A DNA stretch of 64,000 nucleotides from Botryllus schlosseri (Eukaryota). Positions 1-13,300 of the stretch are shown in pieces (the first letter of the stretch is position 1; each line of letters begins with the position of its first letter). The position numbers and the translations under genes are program-made. The notes beneath the pieces are model-generated. The model saw only the letters and a list, made by a program, of their open reading frames with translations, made no database searches and had not been told where the DNA came from. The DNA is taken from contig CM119378.1 of the NCBI GenBank assembly GCA_051294905.1, positions 3,908,001-3,972,000 of the forward strand, in the 5' to 3' direction.

Positions 1-233
1 AAAGCTCTCGCTCTCACGGGTTACATCAGCGTTTTGCCAACAATCCGAACATGTGCAAGATACAATGATTTTTATCGAAACCGATTACTTGATGACTTGA
101 AATTGACTCGTGAATTTTGCTCCGAGTCACGAGTCAATCCACATTTCTGATGCGCCGAGTCAAGCCAAGTCAAGTCATTTTATCAAAGTGACTCGAGTCA
201 AGTCAAGTCATGACTCGAGTCATCCCAACACTG
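1..233. mobile_element. Right end of a CAGTGTTGGGAT-family non-autonomous hAT-like element
   Basis: Ends in CATCCCAACACTG after GACTCGAGTC arrays; matches the end of the full copy at 57867-58815. Confidence 0.85.
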
Positions 234-481
<248 letters not shown>

Positions 482-1307
482 TAATACCAATCAATCAGTT
501 TTATTGATATTCCCATCATTTCAAAACATCACAAGACTGTGATACAATAAAAAGATAGGAAGGTGTCGAAACAACTTGGAGTAGCGAGATCAGACACCCA
601 CCTTAGCCTAGGCGCAGTAAAACAACTGTGCCAAGTTTCAAAGTGGGCACTCGATGATTAAGTTAGAAATTCAGTTAGCGAAGTTGAGTATGATTACCAT
701 AGACACGCGCTGATCCGGCATCTATAGCATACACGGTATTGAAGCGCGTAAGTGTGCGCGCGTGCATTAACGAATTCGAGGCTGCAATACTTGATCATTT
801 TCCGACGATGGATCCCCGAGGCTGCGATCCGCTCTGGTGACATTCGCAGCGCAGTGAAGCAAAGCGCGATTGACTGTGCAAGCTGACGGTACCATGGGGT
901 AGCGACAGCCAACATGTAATGCAGACAGAGAGGAAATATTTTCCGCTGACGGCGAGGGAGACATGACCTCGATTCCCTGTCGTTCAAGGAATTTTAACTA
1001 TTTTACGGGTTGTAATTATTCATATCTCCGTTTGTAAATAACAAGCTGATTACGGAAACGTATTTTGATAAAGCTAACACATCGAAGCAGAAAGATAAGC
1101 TCAGCGAAATCTTAAGCGCAAATATATATGCAACAATACGTTCAGGACGGGTTTATTGCTGGGATAGGTTACTTAATCCATTTGGAAGCATTCTCATTCA
1201 GGTAGGACCCACAACAACCCGTCTGACCCTGTCTTTGTCAGCGCAAATTTTAGGCCACGCGACTCCTTTGCAGACTGGTAGAATCGGATTCTGATTCACG
1301 AGATAGA

Positions 1308-4300
1308 ATGGAGAATTTAGAAGAAAATGGCTGGAATGTGAAACGCAAAATATCGCAGGTCCGGTCGCCCGCCATTTTACGGATATCTTACCGTATTTCA
1401 ATTTGATCGATTTATCTTCTACAGTCGATAGAACGCTTCATCTCGGAACTGCAGTCGCGAAAGAAATCTCTGATCGAGGAAGTAGACGCGTTGGTGGCCA
1501 TAGAATGCAACCACAAGCACAAGATTCGGCAAACCATAAAAGTGAGTGAATCCACGAAAACAAAAACCATCCGTGACGCTGCAAAAAAACCTTCTCAGTT
1601 CACGAATGGAGACGAAAATGTCGTGCTGTCCGCAATACGCAATTACGGTGTCGTTTCCGCGCAACCGCAGCTCACATTGGAGGGTGACAGGGCCCCGGAA
1701 GGGGTCCCAAGAAGCACGAATGGCGACCCGCGCACATCAGGTTTGTTCGGATTTCGTTTTCGCATACTTAAATAGATTTTGCTCAGAATGGCAAGCATCG
1801 GGGAAGCATTCACGCTATATCCTGAATTGTTAATAGTATGATGCCGAGATTAGCTAATGCTACAATGACGCCTGTTTTTTATTGCAGTAAAAATATGTCG
1901 TTATAACCGACCTCGTAGCATTAGGTGGGATACCGTGATTCAGTTGGTGAATAATTCTTTATGCTGCATATCATGCACGCACACCACTATCGGTCAGAGG
2001 GGTTAGTGACGAATTACTAGATCTCAGATCCTCCCTTATCTGGAAAAGTCGAGGCATCATGTTTTTCTCCGATTTGCATTCTTTGGAACCATTACATAGT
2101 CTTTGAACGGATTTTGAAAGTAGTTAAAATTTTCTGAAAATGAACAATGTTGCGCAATTTCATAGAACTAATATTATTCATAAAGCTGTGAAGCAGCAGA
2201 ACGCATGCAGAGCAATGCAGTAGATTGTAGCCAGACACTAGCTTATAACCTGCTACAAAGCGTCGTGTTGCTTCATCGATGCTTCAGTCAGGTACAATAG
2301 GCTACGAACTTACACAGATGGCACTGTGTGACATGTTTCATCACAGTAAATATGGCTCAGCAGAACATATGGAATCATCGTATTGTAATCAAGCATCTAA
2401 CTCTTGTAACGTCATGTAGCAGCACATGGCGTGTCCTGATCTAAATATAAGGCCTCGTTTTAGCAGACCACCACTGAAGCTTTCTGGATAAAATGCAGGA
2501 AACATGCTCCGTTTTTTTTAATATTGTATTGTTATTTCTTTTCATGCACGGTATCAGCAACCTTGAGTTCTTTTTTTAATACGGCCGATCGTAAAAATTC
2601 CATATAGTTTAGCTTTATTTTCGGAAAATAGAGGCATTGTTACATTTGCTTTTATACTTCAACATGTATGTTCTCAAGACCAAAAAAACTGAAACTAATT
2701 AGAATTCAAAGTGTGATACTGGGAATTAAAAGAGAAATATAAATACTATACTTCTAAAAAGCGGAAATATATTTCATGTTTTTTGTCCAGAAAGTTTCAG
2801 CAGTTGTCTCTTAAAACAGGTGTAAAGCTAAAAAAGTCAGAGTCACCTTAGCCAGATTAGGACATCCTATGGGCTGCTAGGTTACGATAAAATAGGTAAA
2901 TGCTAGATTGCGAAATGGTAGTGTCAAACGCCATGAAGGGTCATATTTATTGTGATGAAATACTTCATATGGGCGACAATGCGGTGTGAACGGAACCAGA
3001 TAACCCGCTACCAAAATTATAATCACCGATACGTTCGTGAAATCATATTAGTCTACAGTGCGCTAAGCAACTTTTATGAAAATTAAATATTGATACTCAG
3101 CCCCGAAATTCCTCATGTTATCTTTCTGATTAGAGGATTAAACTACTTCTACTTGACAAACTGAAAATAGCGAAAAGTAAGTAAGTAGATGACAAAATAT
3201 TACGAAGTAGAAGTAGCGGACAATTAGATCTACTTGAGTACTTCAGTAGAAGTACTTCGTTACGGACCATTTCTGTGAAAAGCTCATGGATACTTTGCTA
3301 TCATATTGCTTTCCTACTACTACGACCAATACGGCAACGTACGCTGAAGCTCCAATCACTTCGTTTGTGGTCAATTTATTTGTGATAGAACAATTGAGGT
3401 TCAGTAAAAGGCAAAATCATTGAATGAATGAAATTGGTCGCTCTCACAGGTCACACCATCATATCGAGAATAATCCGAACATATGAAAGATATAGCGATT
3501 TTTATCGACACCGATTACTTGATGACTTGAAATTGTCTCGTAAATTTTGCTCTGAGTCACGAGTCAATCCACATTTTTGATACGCCGAGTCAAGTCATTT
3601 TTGCAAAGTGACTCGAGTCAACTCAAGTCATACGAAAAAGGTGACTCGAGTCAAGTCATGACTCGAGTCATCCCAACACTGCATACACTGTAAAAAATAA
3701 AAACCTCGATTTACCGCGAAATGTTTGGAAGCACGGTAGCCAGACATTTCGTGGTAATCTAACATTACCGTTAGTCAATGCAAATTCAACTTACACTCGT
3801 CCGGTAATCTCACTTTACACGCGAGACTGTAATGTTACAGTCCCCTCCGGGTATATCCAATCTACATGTTCTCCTGTACATTTGAGAGCGAGACCGCCTA
3901 CCTACCTACCTACATGCTGTCCCTGCAAATCAGGATACATACCAACTTGTAAATTAACGTACGTACATCCATACCTATCGCAAAGCAACCCGATGCTAAA
4001 ATATCGCAAAATTTTCTTCACACTTCCAAAACGACAGTGGAACAAACTGTATATTCATTCATGATATCACGATGAAGGGGTAATCGATGGAAAAGTATTG
4101 CTGCTGGAGGTCTAATTCTTCTTCAGGAGACATGCAGTAACACGAGTGGTCGCAAGAAAAGATGAATTAATTCCACCACCGGCGAAACTTCCAATTATTT
4201 CTTTTTCTCGTCCTCACACCTTCTGTGTAACTAGTATCTTGCAGTTCCACTAAAAAGAATTCATGAGTAAGTCGCTATATAAAGCAAAGTTCCTAACCTA

Positions 4301-7300
4301 GACATGACATTATAAAGACTACTAAGACAAATAGGCTAACAAAAATATAAGGTAACATGTTTTGAAGTACCGGTACTGGTACATTGTCTGATGAAGGCTC
4401 CGCCTTGTACATGATATAGCAGAGATTCATGACTTAGTTTATCTAATGTATTGAAGCAAAAGGTTCCTCACCAATTCCACTCTGGATATGAGGTGGCATG
4501 TGTGCCAAACAAATCCGGCAGTGGATGAAAACATCTCTATGCTATGGCCCGAAAATGACATAAACAAGCCAACAGTTTCAACTCCTCCGCGGCGGAGTAT
4601 GTGGTGTCACAGGTCACTATATAAGTCGACTAGTATCCCAAAATAGAACAGAGAATGCGGAGAATGAAATATTTCAATCATGAAATCAAAGTGGTGTGCA
4701 CATTGCACAGTCGCAGATATTCACGGTAACAAAATAATACTATGTCGTACTGTACCTTTAACGATGCGTATCCCATTCAGCGTTCCTAGGAATCTTCCAC
4801 GATCGTGTCCGCTTTCTTCAAGCACAACAAACTTCGCTCCACCCTTTCAGTGTTGCCAACTCCGGATGGACAAAAATCGCTAAAATTGGTGTTGAAAATC
4901 GCTAGATGTCGCTAAATCTTGAAACAAAATCGCTAAAAAAGTCGCTAAATCTGTAATAATACCTAAAGTTGCTAGATTAAACCAGAATATCCATTTTTCT
5001 TGTTATCTATATTGTAATCAGCTGTGCCAAATTCCCCTTATCATATTTCTAGTTCATAATACGCAGAAGTCATCTCAAAACCGGGCAAAATGTGCGGTGC
5101 ATTTCAACAAACCAGATCGCTCTGCGCCATGGTTGCTCTCCGTGACCAGATTTGCAGTTATAACCACTCACTATATATTGGCAGGACACCAATTACTGCC
5201 GCTGAAATAGAATTTGCGGAGAAAAGCATGCTAGATATTAGGGATGGTGTGAACGTGAGGTTCACGTTCGCGTTCTGTGTGTGAACCTCGGAAATTGAAA
5301 GGTTCACGTTCACAAACGAACCTTGATAGGTTCTGCACTGTGAACCTTTTTCATATATTACAATTTACACTTCATTATAACATCTTTGGTTGAAATTTAT
5401 TGCATTTCAACTGCGGGCCACTCAATGCAATAAGCGAGCATGCACCTTGACAATCTCAAAAATCTTAGTTGTATTGCTACAAAAGTTTGCTCGGCATATC
5501 CAGCTTTCCGATTGTGAATATTTAGGGATATATAAGGATACAGGACATATAGTCACGAATGATGCTTATTTACCCAATCAATGTAATTGATTTCGTTGTC
5601 TGATGTAAAATATGTAGCAGGTGTACGGGGTGAATCTTGACTTAATATGTTTATTGTATCATAAAAACAATATCCGTGCGATTGGGGTATCGGCTACCGA
5701 TGTCTATATAACTAGTAGATGGGGTAATATCGGTAGCAAGTATAGAAAGAAACCCATCTTACACTCTGCTCAATATCAACGTCCGAATACTCAGACGCTG
5801 AATACATTGTCCGGTCTGGGCCAGACCGTTAAGGCGTGAGCTTACATTCCCTTGCAAATCCTTGTTCGAAATCGTTGGCAAAGCCACGGAAGATATTGAT
5901 TGCCCCAGTTGATACATTCGGCGACGTTTAGAAGGTCAATATGTACTTCAGCATAGTGGGAATATGTGGCCCGAGTAGTCGCTACTCGCTAGGCATCGTG
6001 TAAATTAACATAGGCTATCATTTTACTTTATTGTAGGGTTGAAATTAGCAATATGACGTCACGTGACGTCATGAGGTTCACGTTCGCGTTCACACAGAAC
6101 CTTTCAAAAAGGTTCGCGTTCACACGAACCTGAACCTTTCAGAGGTTCACACCATCCCTACTAGATATACAAGTGCCTTAATTGCTCGATGCGTCTGTGA
6201 ATACGTAATGCGCGCTATACTGATGATTGCGGTATGGCACTTGCCTTCCCTAAACTATGGCGGAGCACTTGCACACGGCATGACATGCACAGAGTTTGCC
6301 GGCCACTATAAGTAGCGACGTGCACTTTAGAAATAAGAGGGCCAACCCGCGATAAGTACATATCACTACTTATGGCCACTGGCCATCCTGTTTCCCTAGT
6401 ATCCGTACATCAGATCAGCGACGATAAAATATGTTCATTAAAGAATGTTTTTCTGTTATCCAGCAGCGCGCATAGAAACTCGTGATTTCATTATTTTGTG
6501 TGGGGGGTTGGGGGGAAGAGATAATTTCATTCTGTTGTTACGTCTTGTGTTAATGTCAAAGTCCGCGACGTAATCTTTTTTTTTTAATTTATCTTGGATC
6601 GCGATAGAGTTTGGTACGGAGATTTATAGTAAGCTGTTACGTCTCGTGTGTAGGTGTCAAAAGTTGGATGCAAAATAGTTTTGGCTGCCCCTTAGACACT
6701 CGCGATGTCAATCTATTGGGCGAGGGGTGGACCCTATGGTCGTCTGGCGTGGATGTAAAGAGTTCAAATATCGGACATTGTACAGCACACTACATTGGAC
6801 GAGCATGATTGTGATTACTCGTATTATGTTGAGGGTGAATTGGCCAGGATCTTGACGAGTTTGGCGAACGTGACACTTTAGATTTCTATGCCTGGAAAGG
6901 TTATGGTCAACTTCGCTAAACTGACCGCTGACCAGGAAAGTCAGTATTGACGCTCCTATCCATGCACGCCACCTGAATGCAGATCGGCGATGCGTGCTGA
7001 CACTGTAGCGCGCATAAGATATGGTAAATGTGCATAATGTTGCCGCTGAAAACTGATTGATATCTGTTATTTTTGAAAAAAATATCTCGAAAATCACTAA
7101 ATATTTTTTTAAAGTCGCTAGATTGATATTTTTTGTCGCTAAACGGAGTGCAAAATCGCTAGTTCTAGCGACAAAATCGCTAAATTGGCAACGCTGCACC
7201 CTTTGCTCAAATCTCAATAATGGCCAGATAACGATACGACACTCGAACGATTTCGAAATACGTCGTATTCATCCGCTGACATGCCACCAATAATATTTGC

Positions 7301-10300
7301 TGGCCACGTTATAATGTTTGACTTAGGTTATTTCTCTTTCATACAGAAACATTTATCATGACATATAGTTCCTTTCTTTTCCATCTAATTTCGTATAAAT
7401 TGATATTTATCCCAAGTGTTGTTCACTACTTACTGTACTTACTAAACGAGACGCTCCTTGTGATGTCACAGTTGTGCGTTGGCTGTTTACTACGAATCTC
7501 AGAAAACCAGTAACGCGTAACGGTATCCTATTGTAACCTATTACAGGTCGCCTTGTCCGCCATTAGCAAATGGTCAACTGAGCATGCGGTGCTGATATTT
7601 CTAGTTTCCCGAACAATATTATACATCCTAAACTGATTTTCTAACTTATCAGCCGTATCCGTAACAACGAACGTAACCAGCGAGAACGGCCGTATAGCCA
7701 TATAGCCTCATAATATAATATAATGGCTATGGTGTAACTACATTAGCTACGATTGTCAGTTGTTTCTTGTACCCTACTATGTACTATACTAAAATTGGTA
7801 CTAGGGCCAACAATTTCCGTACGACAGACCCCAGTTTCGCGAACGAGGTTATTGAATCAAGTCAAATCACCTCGAGAATGAAATATCAGTAACATTCATT
7901 TCCACGTATATATTGGCTCCAACGATTATGAAGCTAATCAATCTTCCTAATTGCCTGGTAAACTGCAGTTACGAGTAACTGTCAGTAATTTTGCGACGAA
8001 ATTCTGGTAACTTGACTTACAGCTAAACTAAGGTAATATTACATATCTAAATGTAAAATTACAAGCTACGCACAGTTATTGGCTGCGACCGGTAATTCGT
8101 TGTAAAATTGACAGAGATTTCCCAGTAAATCTACCAGATTTTTTACAGTGTACATGTTGACGTATGAAACTATAAGTGAAGTATATTGTCTCTATTTTGC
8201 GGAAGTACATTTCAACGTAAATGGAATTTTCCCAATCTAGCGCCAATGTTTTAGCGCTTCGTTACTGTTTTTTTCTCGGGTCTCTTATCGTATTTTGACA
8301 TTTTCGTTTATTTTTTTGCGAATAAAGGTGCTGCCAGAATATAGCCCATGTCACCGTAACCGTCCTATTACGTATTATGTATAGGCTTGATAATGAGACT
8401 TTCAAGTTGAAAAATATGCCTGGATTTGGAACTAATATTTTGGCATCATTTAACTGGTTCTCCCGTTAACGAATAAAAGGTTTAAATCCAGCCCAAGACC
8501 TAAATTGAGTTTGCCAACCCTGCTCTAGAGACACGACCGCGAAGGTGCTGACCTTTGATAATATTCAGATCAGCGCGCAGGAACACTGGCCTGTTTTAGT
8601 AGAGAATAAATTGGAAATTTTTACAAAGTAGTAGAAACTATAGTGATGAATCTTTATGGTTCACTCTGGTACTTGCCGCGCGCTGAAAAGGTTTCACAAG
8701 TACGTCACAACAACTTTAACTGTAGTCCGCATCAATATATGTCCAAAACACTGAGATGTACCGTTTAGCTTTGAACTAATAATCCGTACCATTTGCAGGG
8801 TTGTAACCAAGTCACAAGGCTCCGAGTCACAAGTCAATTTCACTTCTATAGTTTTGACTCGAGTCAAGTCGAGTCATTTTCAATTCACCACCGAGTCAAG
8901 TTCGATTCCAAGTCATCGAGCAGAGGTTCGGGTCCGAGTCATGGTATTATGACTCGAGTCCGAGTCCAAGTCATTGTGTTGACTTCTTAGTTTCTAGTTC
9001 CAAGTCTTCTTAAACCATTTTCATAACTTTTTTTGGTGACATCGAATGGTTTTCGTTTGCAATATACTAATTTTCCTTACTTTAACAGTTTCTGATCGCA
9101 TTTTCAAGTACCAGTACCAATAGACGAAATTCCAATGGGGCGGTTACTTTACTATTCTTCGAAATTTCAATGAAATTTAGGTATTGGCCGTTTGAGTCTC
9201 GAGTCACATGACTTGGTTCGAGTCATGCGTAACGACTCGAGTCCAAGTCGAGTCAATACACAGATTGACTCGAGTCGAGTCATTTCCGAATTTTGAGAAA
9301 ATGACTCGAGTCAAGTCGAGTCATCAGAAAATCGCGACTCGAGTCTGACTCGAGTCGAGTCATTACAACCCTGACCATTTGCATCATAGAATTGAATTAG
9401 TTTGTGTACCTTCAGTATTATCTCATAACGCTAGCTGATTAACATCACAGAATCAATGGCAGAACGGGGTCAAGATAAAAATCTTGGTGTCGCTGATGTC
9501 ATGCCTACATCAATATCACCCGGAACAAGCGGTGAGTAGGCCTAATGCCTGTACTTGATATTCATACCAATATTTTCCGTATAAACCGTTGTCAGTTTAC
9601 CAAATACAACATATTTTGCTCGATACAAAACCGCAAGGTTTCGAGAATTCCGAAAGAATCGATATTATTTCACGATAATGTATGGAACGTCGCACGCATT
9701 ACAATAATCATGTTTATCTTAGGATGCGCAACTTTGGCCGGAGGTGAGAATGTCAATCAAAAGTTCACAAAGAGTTCAGTTAACGTCGTGGCCGGAGATC
9801 AGCTCACCGTCGTCTACAACATTACCGGTTTTGAAGGAAAAGCATTTCCCGCGAACCAAGGTGAGTGCATTGCTTTTTTGTTCAATAGAGGGCTTCAACT
9901 GGAGAGAATTGTATACTTCAGTGCTTCTAAGCCTTTTTGAGCGCCATCCGCAAATTTTTTTATCCGCACAAACCTACCGAAAATTGTTACACAAAAAGAA
10001 ACTGCGGATATTCTTTTTAAATGTACAACAAGTAGGCCAGCGGTTTAGGCCATCAAGTGTATCATTAAAAAGTCAATAAATCTTTTTCCTCGTTTTGATT
10101 TCAGCTATAGTGCACTAAACCCTCTGCAGCCAAATAAGTATTCGGTTTTGCACAAGAGCTTCTAGTGCTTGGATGACCAGGTCTTTGTAAGGACCACCCA
10201 GCATTACTATTCAAAATAAAGATTTTTTGTCGTGAGTGAGAAATGCTTGCGGGCAGAAATCCTTTTAAGAGTACGACACAAAGGTCTCGGAGGCTCGAAT

Positions 10301-13300
10301 TGGTCGAAGGGGTGCATAATCCACATGTTTGTTTTGATGCTTCTGCCTGATGTCTTGATAAATAAGCTCCAAAACTATCAAGGAGAGTAGGCACATTAGA
10401 GCTCGCTACCTTGTGATACGTTGCTCCGACTTGTGATTTATATTAATTTCTTATTTTCTGTCTCGCGGGTAAATGAGAAGAGCAAAGAAAATCACCGAAT
10501 ATATCCGAATATATCTTGGTAATTATCTTGGTAAAGATGATTAACGCATATAGAATAAAGTCCATAAAATATCTCGAAACGTTATACAGGAAATGACAAC
10601 CCGACAGGACATGTGGTTTTTTCTTTCACACTTTACGTTGGTTGACTAAAATAAAAAGGTCGTCACTTTCCTTCGAACCATGAATTTCCTATTTAGCGTC
10701 ATTTATGAACGTTTTTGTTATGTTCGTGCATTTACGTTCGGTGTCGTACAACTCTTTCTTTCTATAGGATTAGTAATGACAGCCAATCATTATTTCCTCG
10801 TGTGTCGTGCTTGTATTTATACCCTGTGTTCTGTTGTCTCGTGGTCTTTCGTTTAACTGCACTCTGGATCGTGTCGCCTGTGTAAAGTCATACTGCTGAT
10901 AATATACTGATTTCTTATTGCAACCTCATCGTATTGAGTTATTGTCCAAACAAGAACAAGAACATAACAATTGGTGTCAGAAGTCGGATTCATAGTTATT
11001 TCTGCGACGAACATATATCATGGAATCGGGTATTTTGAAGCTTCTGGAGAAGCAGCAGGGAATGATGGCGGAACAACGCGCACAGCATGACGAAGCAATG
11101 GCGAAAGTGATGGCTGGGTTGGAACTGCAAAAAAACCAACACAAAGAAGGGATGGCACAGTTAACGCAGAGGCTGAGTCCTGGTGCGTCAACATCTGAAG
11201 CTACCGCTCCCAAGTTTGATTCGTTCATCAAATCAAAGGAAAAATGGGACCAATATCTGCAACGATTCAACCATCACCTTGCAATTTACGGCGTTTCCAA
11301 CATGGAGAAGAAAAGAGCGTGTCTGCTCTCATGGGTTGGACCTGAAACGTACTCGCTCCTACGTAATTTGTTTGGTGCTGCTGCTGATGTCAGTGCGCAA
11401 TCCTTCGACGCGTTGAATGAGAAGTTGTCTACACACTTCGAGGACTCAATTCAGCAGCCAGGTACGAATTTTACAACTGTAAAATGCAACCGGGACAATC
11501 GTACGCCGATTGGATGCTCAAGAGATGGCTGTGATCAGAGCTACGTTGATGAGCTATAATGCGCGATCTCATGATTAAAGAAACGCCGCACGCTGATGTG
11601 AGACGGCATTGTCTAACACAAACCAAACACAAACCAATCCATCCCTTGACGACGTTCTCAAAGTAGCCGCAACATACGTGAGAAGGCTGGAAACTGATAG
11701 GGTTATCCAAGGCGAGAGTAGCGGTAAAGACACTTCCGTCGTCAACAAAATGACGGGAAGTTATCAGAAGGGGAAAAACCTTCCAAATCCTACCAAGGCA
11801 ACTTCCCAGAAAGACTGAAATCCTGCAGCCGCTGTTTCATCGATCACCAGAGAAAAGACTGACAATATCGACATTCAGTATGTCAGAAATGTGGTCGTAA
11901 AGGTCATATCAAACCTGTGTGCATGTCCAAACCTAGTATCACGCAACAGGTCACATCCGTCAATTTCTGCTCAGTGCCGCTCCTCTCCTTCGACATCGAT
12001 CAACTATATCGACGCGTAGGAAACCAGCTCTGGATCGCAAACCAGCTCTGGATCAACTCCAGCATCAACGGCATTCCGTTGCCGACACAGTGGGACACTG
12101 GTGCACCCGCCGCCATGGTGGGATTGACTGGGTACAAAACTTTGGGCTCTCCGAAACTCTCAGCATACCATTGCTCTTTCGTAGCGTATGGCGACAAGCC
12201 ACTGAAAGTGAAAGGTATTTGCACTGTAACCGTGCAGGTGGGTTCTGAAGTTCGAGTTGGCTTAAAATTGGTAGTTCTCGACGAACACCGTGGGCAAAAC
12301 ATTTTTGGTCTCAATTGGAGCGATGGTTTCTCCATGACCACTAAGGGAACGTCTGCTTCGGATGCAATTTCCTCGCAGATGGTCAAATCGCAATCATGTA
12401 ATACTATTGACATTTGTGATTCGAACGACAAATTGGTATCTTTTCAGTCCAAATTGCCCTCCGTTTTCTCTAATGTATTAGGACGATGCACCAAGACAAA
12501 GGTGACAATTCACTTGAAACCTAATGCCAAGCCCGTTTTTAACAAGCCACGTACTTTGCCGTTCGCAAGGCAAATCGCTGTTCAAACCGAATTGGATAGA
12601 TTCGTCAATCAAGGTATCCTCGAACCAATCAATTACAATGATTGGTCAGTACCAATTGTTGCCGTCACTAAATCAAATGGACGAGTACGCATTTGTTGTG
12701 ACTTCAAAGCATTGAATCAACAAATTCGAATAGATCAACATCCCCTGCCCTCCTTGGATGAAATTCTTCACAAGTTACAGGGTGGTTGTATATTCACGAA
12801 AATTGATCTTGTCGATGCTTATTTTCAGCTAGAATTAGATGATGCGAAGAATTTGTGTGTCATCAACACGCAATTCGGTCTATTCCGTTATCGACGCATG
12901 TGTTTCGGAGTCGCATCTAGTCCCGCAAATTTTCAACGCTGTATTGATGCCATGATCGCCGGCTTACCCGATGTTGCTAGTTTTATCGATGACATAATCG
13001 TTACTGGCATTGATGAACGCGATCATTTTCGCAACTTATCGCTATACTCTTTGAGCGCCTCACCGAATACGGTTTCACCGTCAACTTCGCTAAATGTGAA
13101 TTTTTCAAAAGTAGTATCGAGTACCTTGGTCATATAATCGACAAGGACGGCAAACGCCCGTCTCACAAATCCGTTGAAGCAATCAAACGGTTGCCTAAAT
13201 CTCAGGATGTTCGCCAGCTACAGGCATTCCTGGGCAAAGTCAATTATTATCGAGCGTTTATTTTTAATTTCACGAATAAAGCCGCTGTCTTGTAACGTCT

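Larger units (their letters stand above)
3686..8150. mobile_element. Non-autonomous CACTG-ended (CMC/EnSpm-like) DNA transposon with nested inserts
   Basis: Termini CACTGTAAAAAA ... TTTTTACAGTG, flanked by TA on both sides. Confidence 0.7.

Noticed and set aside
1020..1201. Upstream coding exon (possible B-box)
   Set aside because: Open in unit 1, but indels break the frame between units, the acceptor reads CAT in unit 1, and there is no Cys/His pattern; left as possible UTR
6708..7217. 169-aa minus-strand ORF
   Set aside because: Spans a transposon terminus made of short repeats; no recognisable domain
9190..9373. Regularly recurring palindromic GACTCGAGTC units as a CRISPR-like array (also ~31270-31458, 41635-41817)
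   Set aside because: No constant repeat/unique spacer period and no cas genes; the units lie inside TIR- and TSD-bounded elements in eukaryotic DNA
10104..10330. Extra linker exon after TTTGATTTCAG
   Set aside because: The required phase-1 frame hits TAA after four codons
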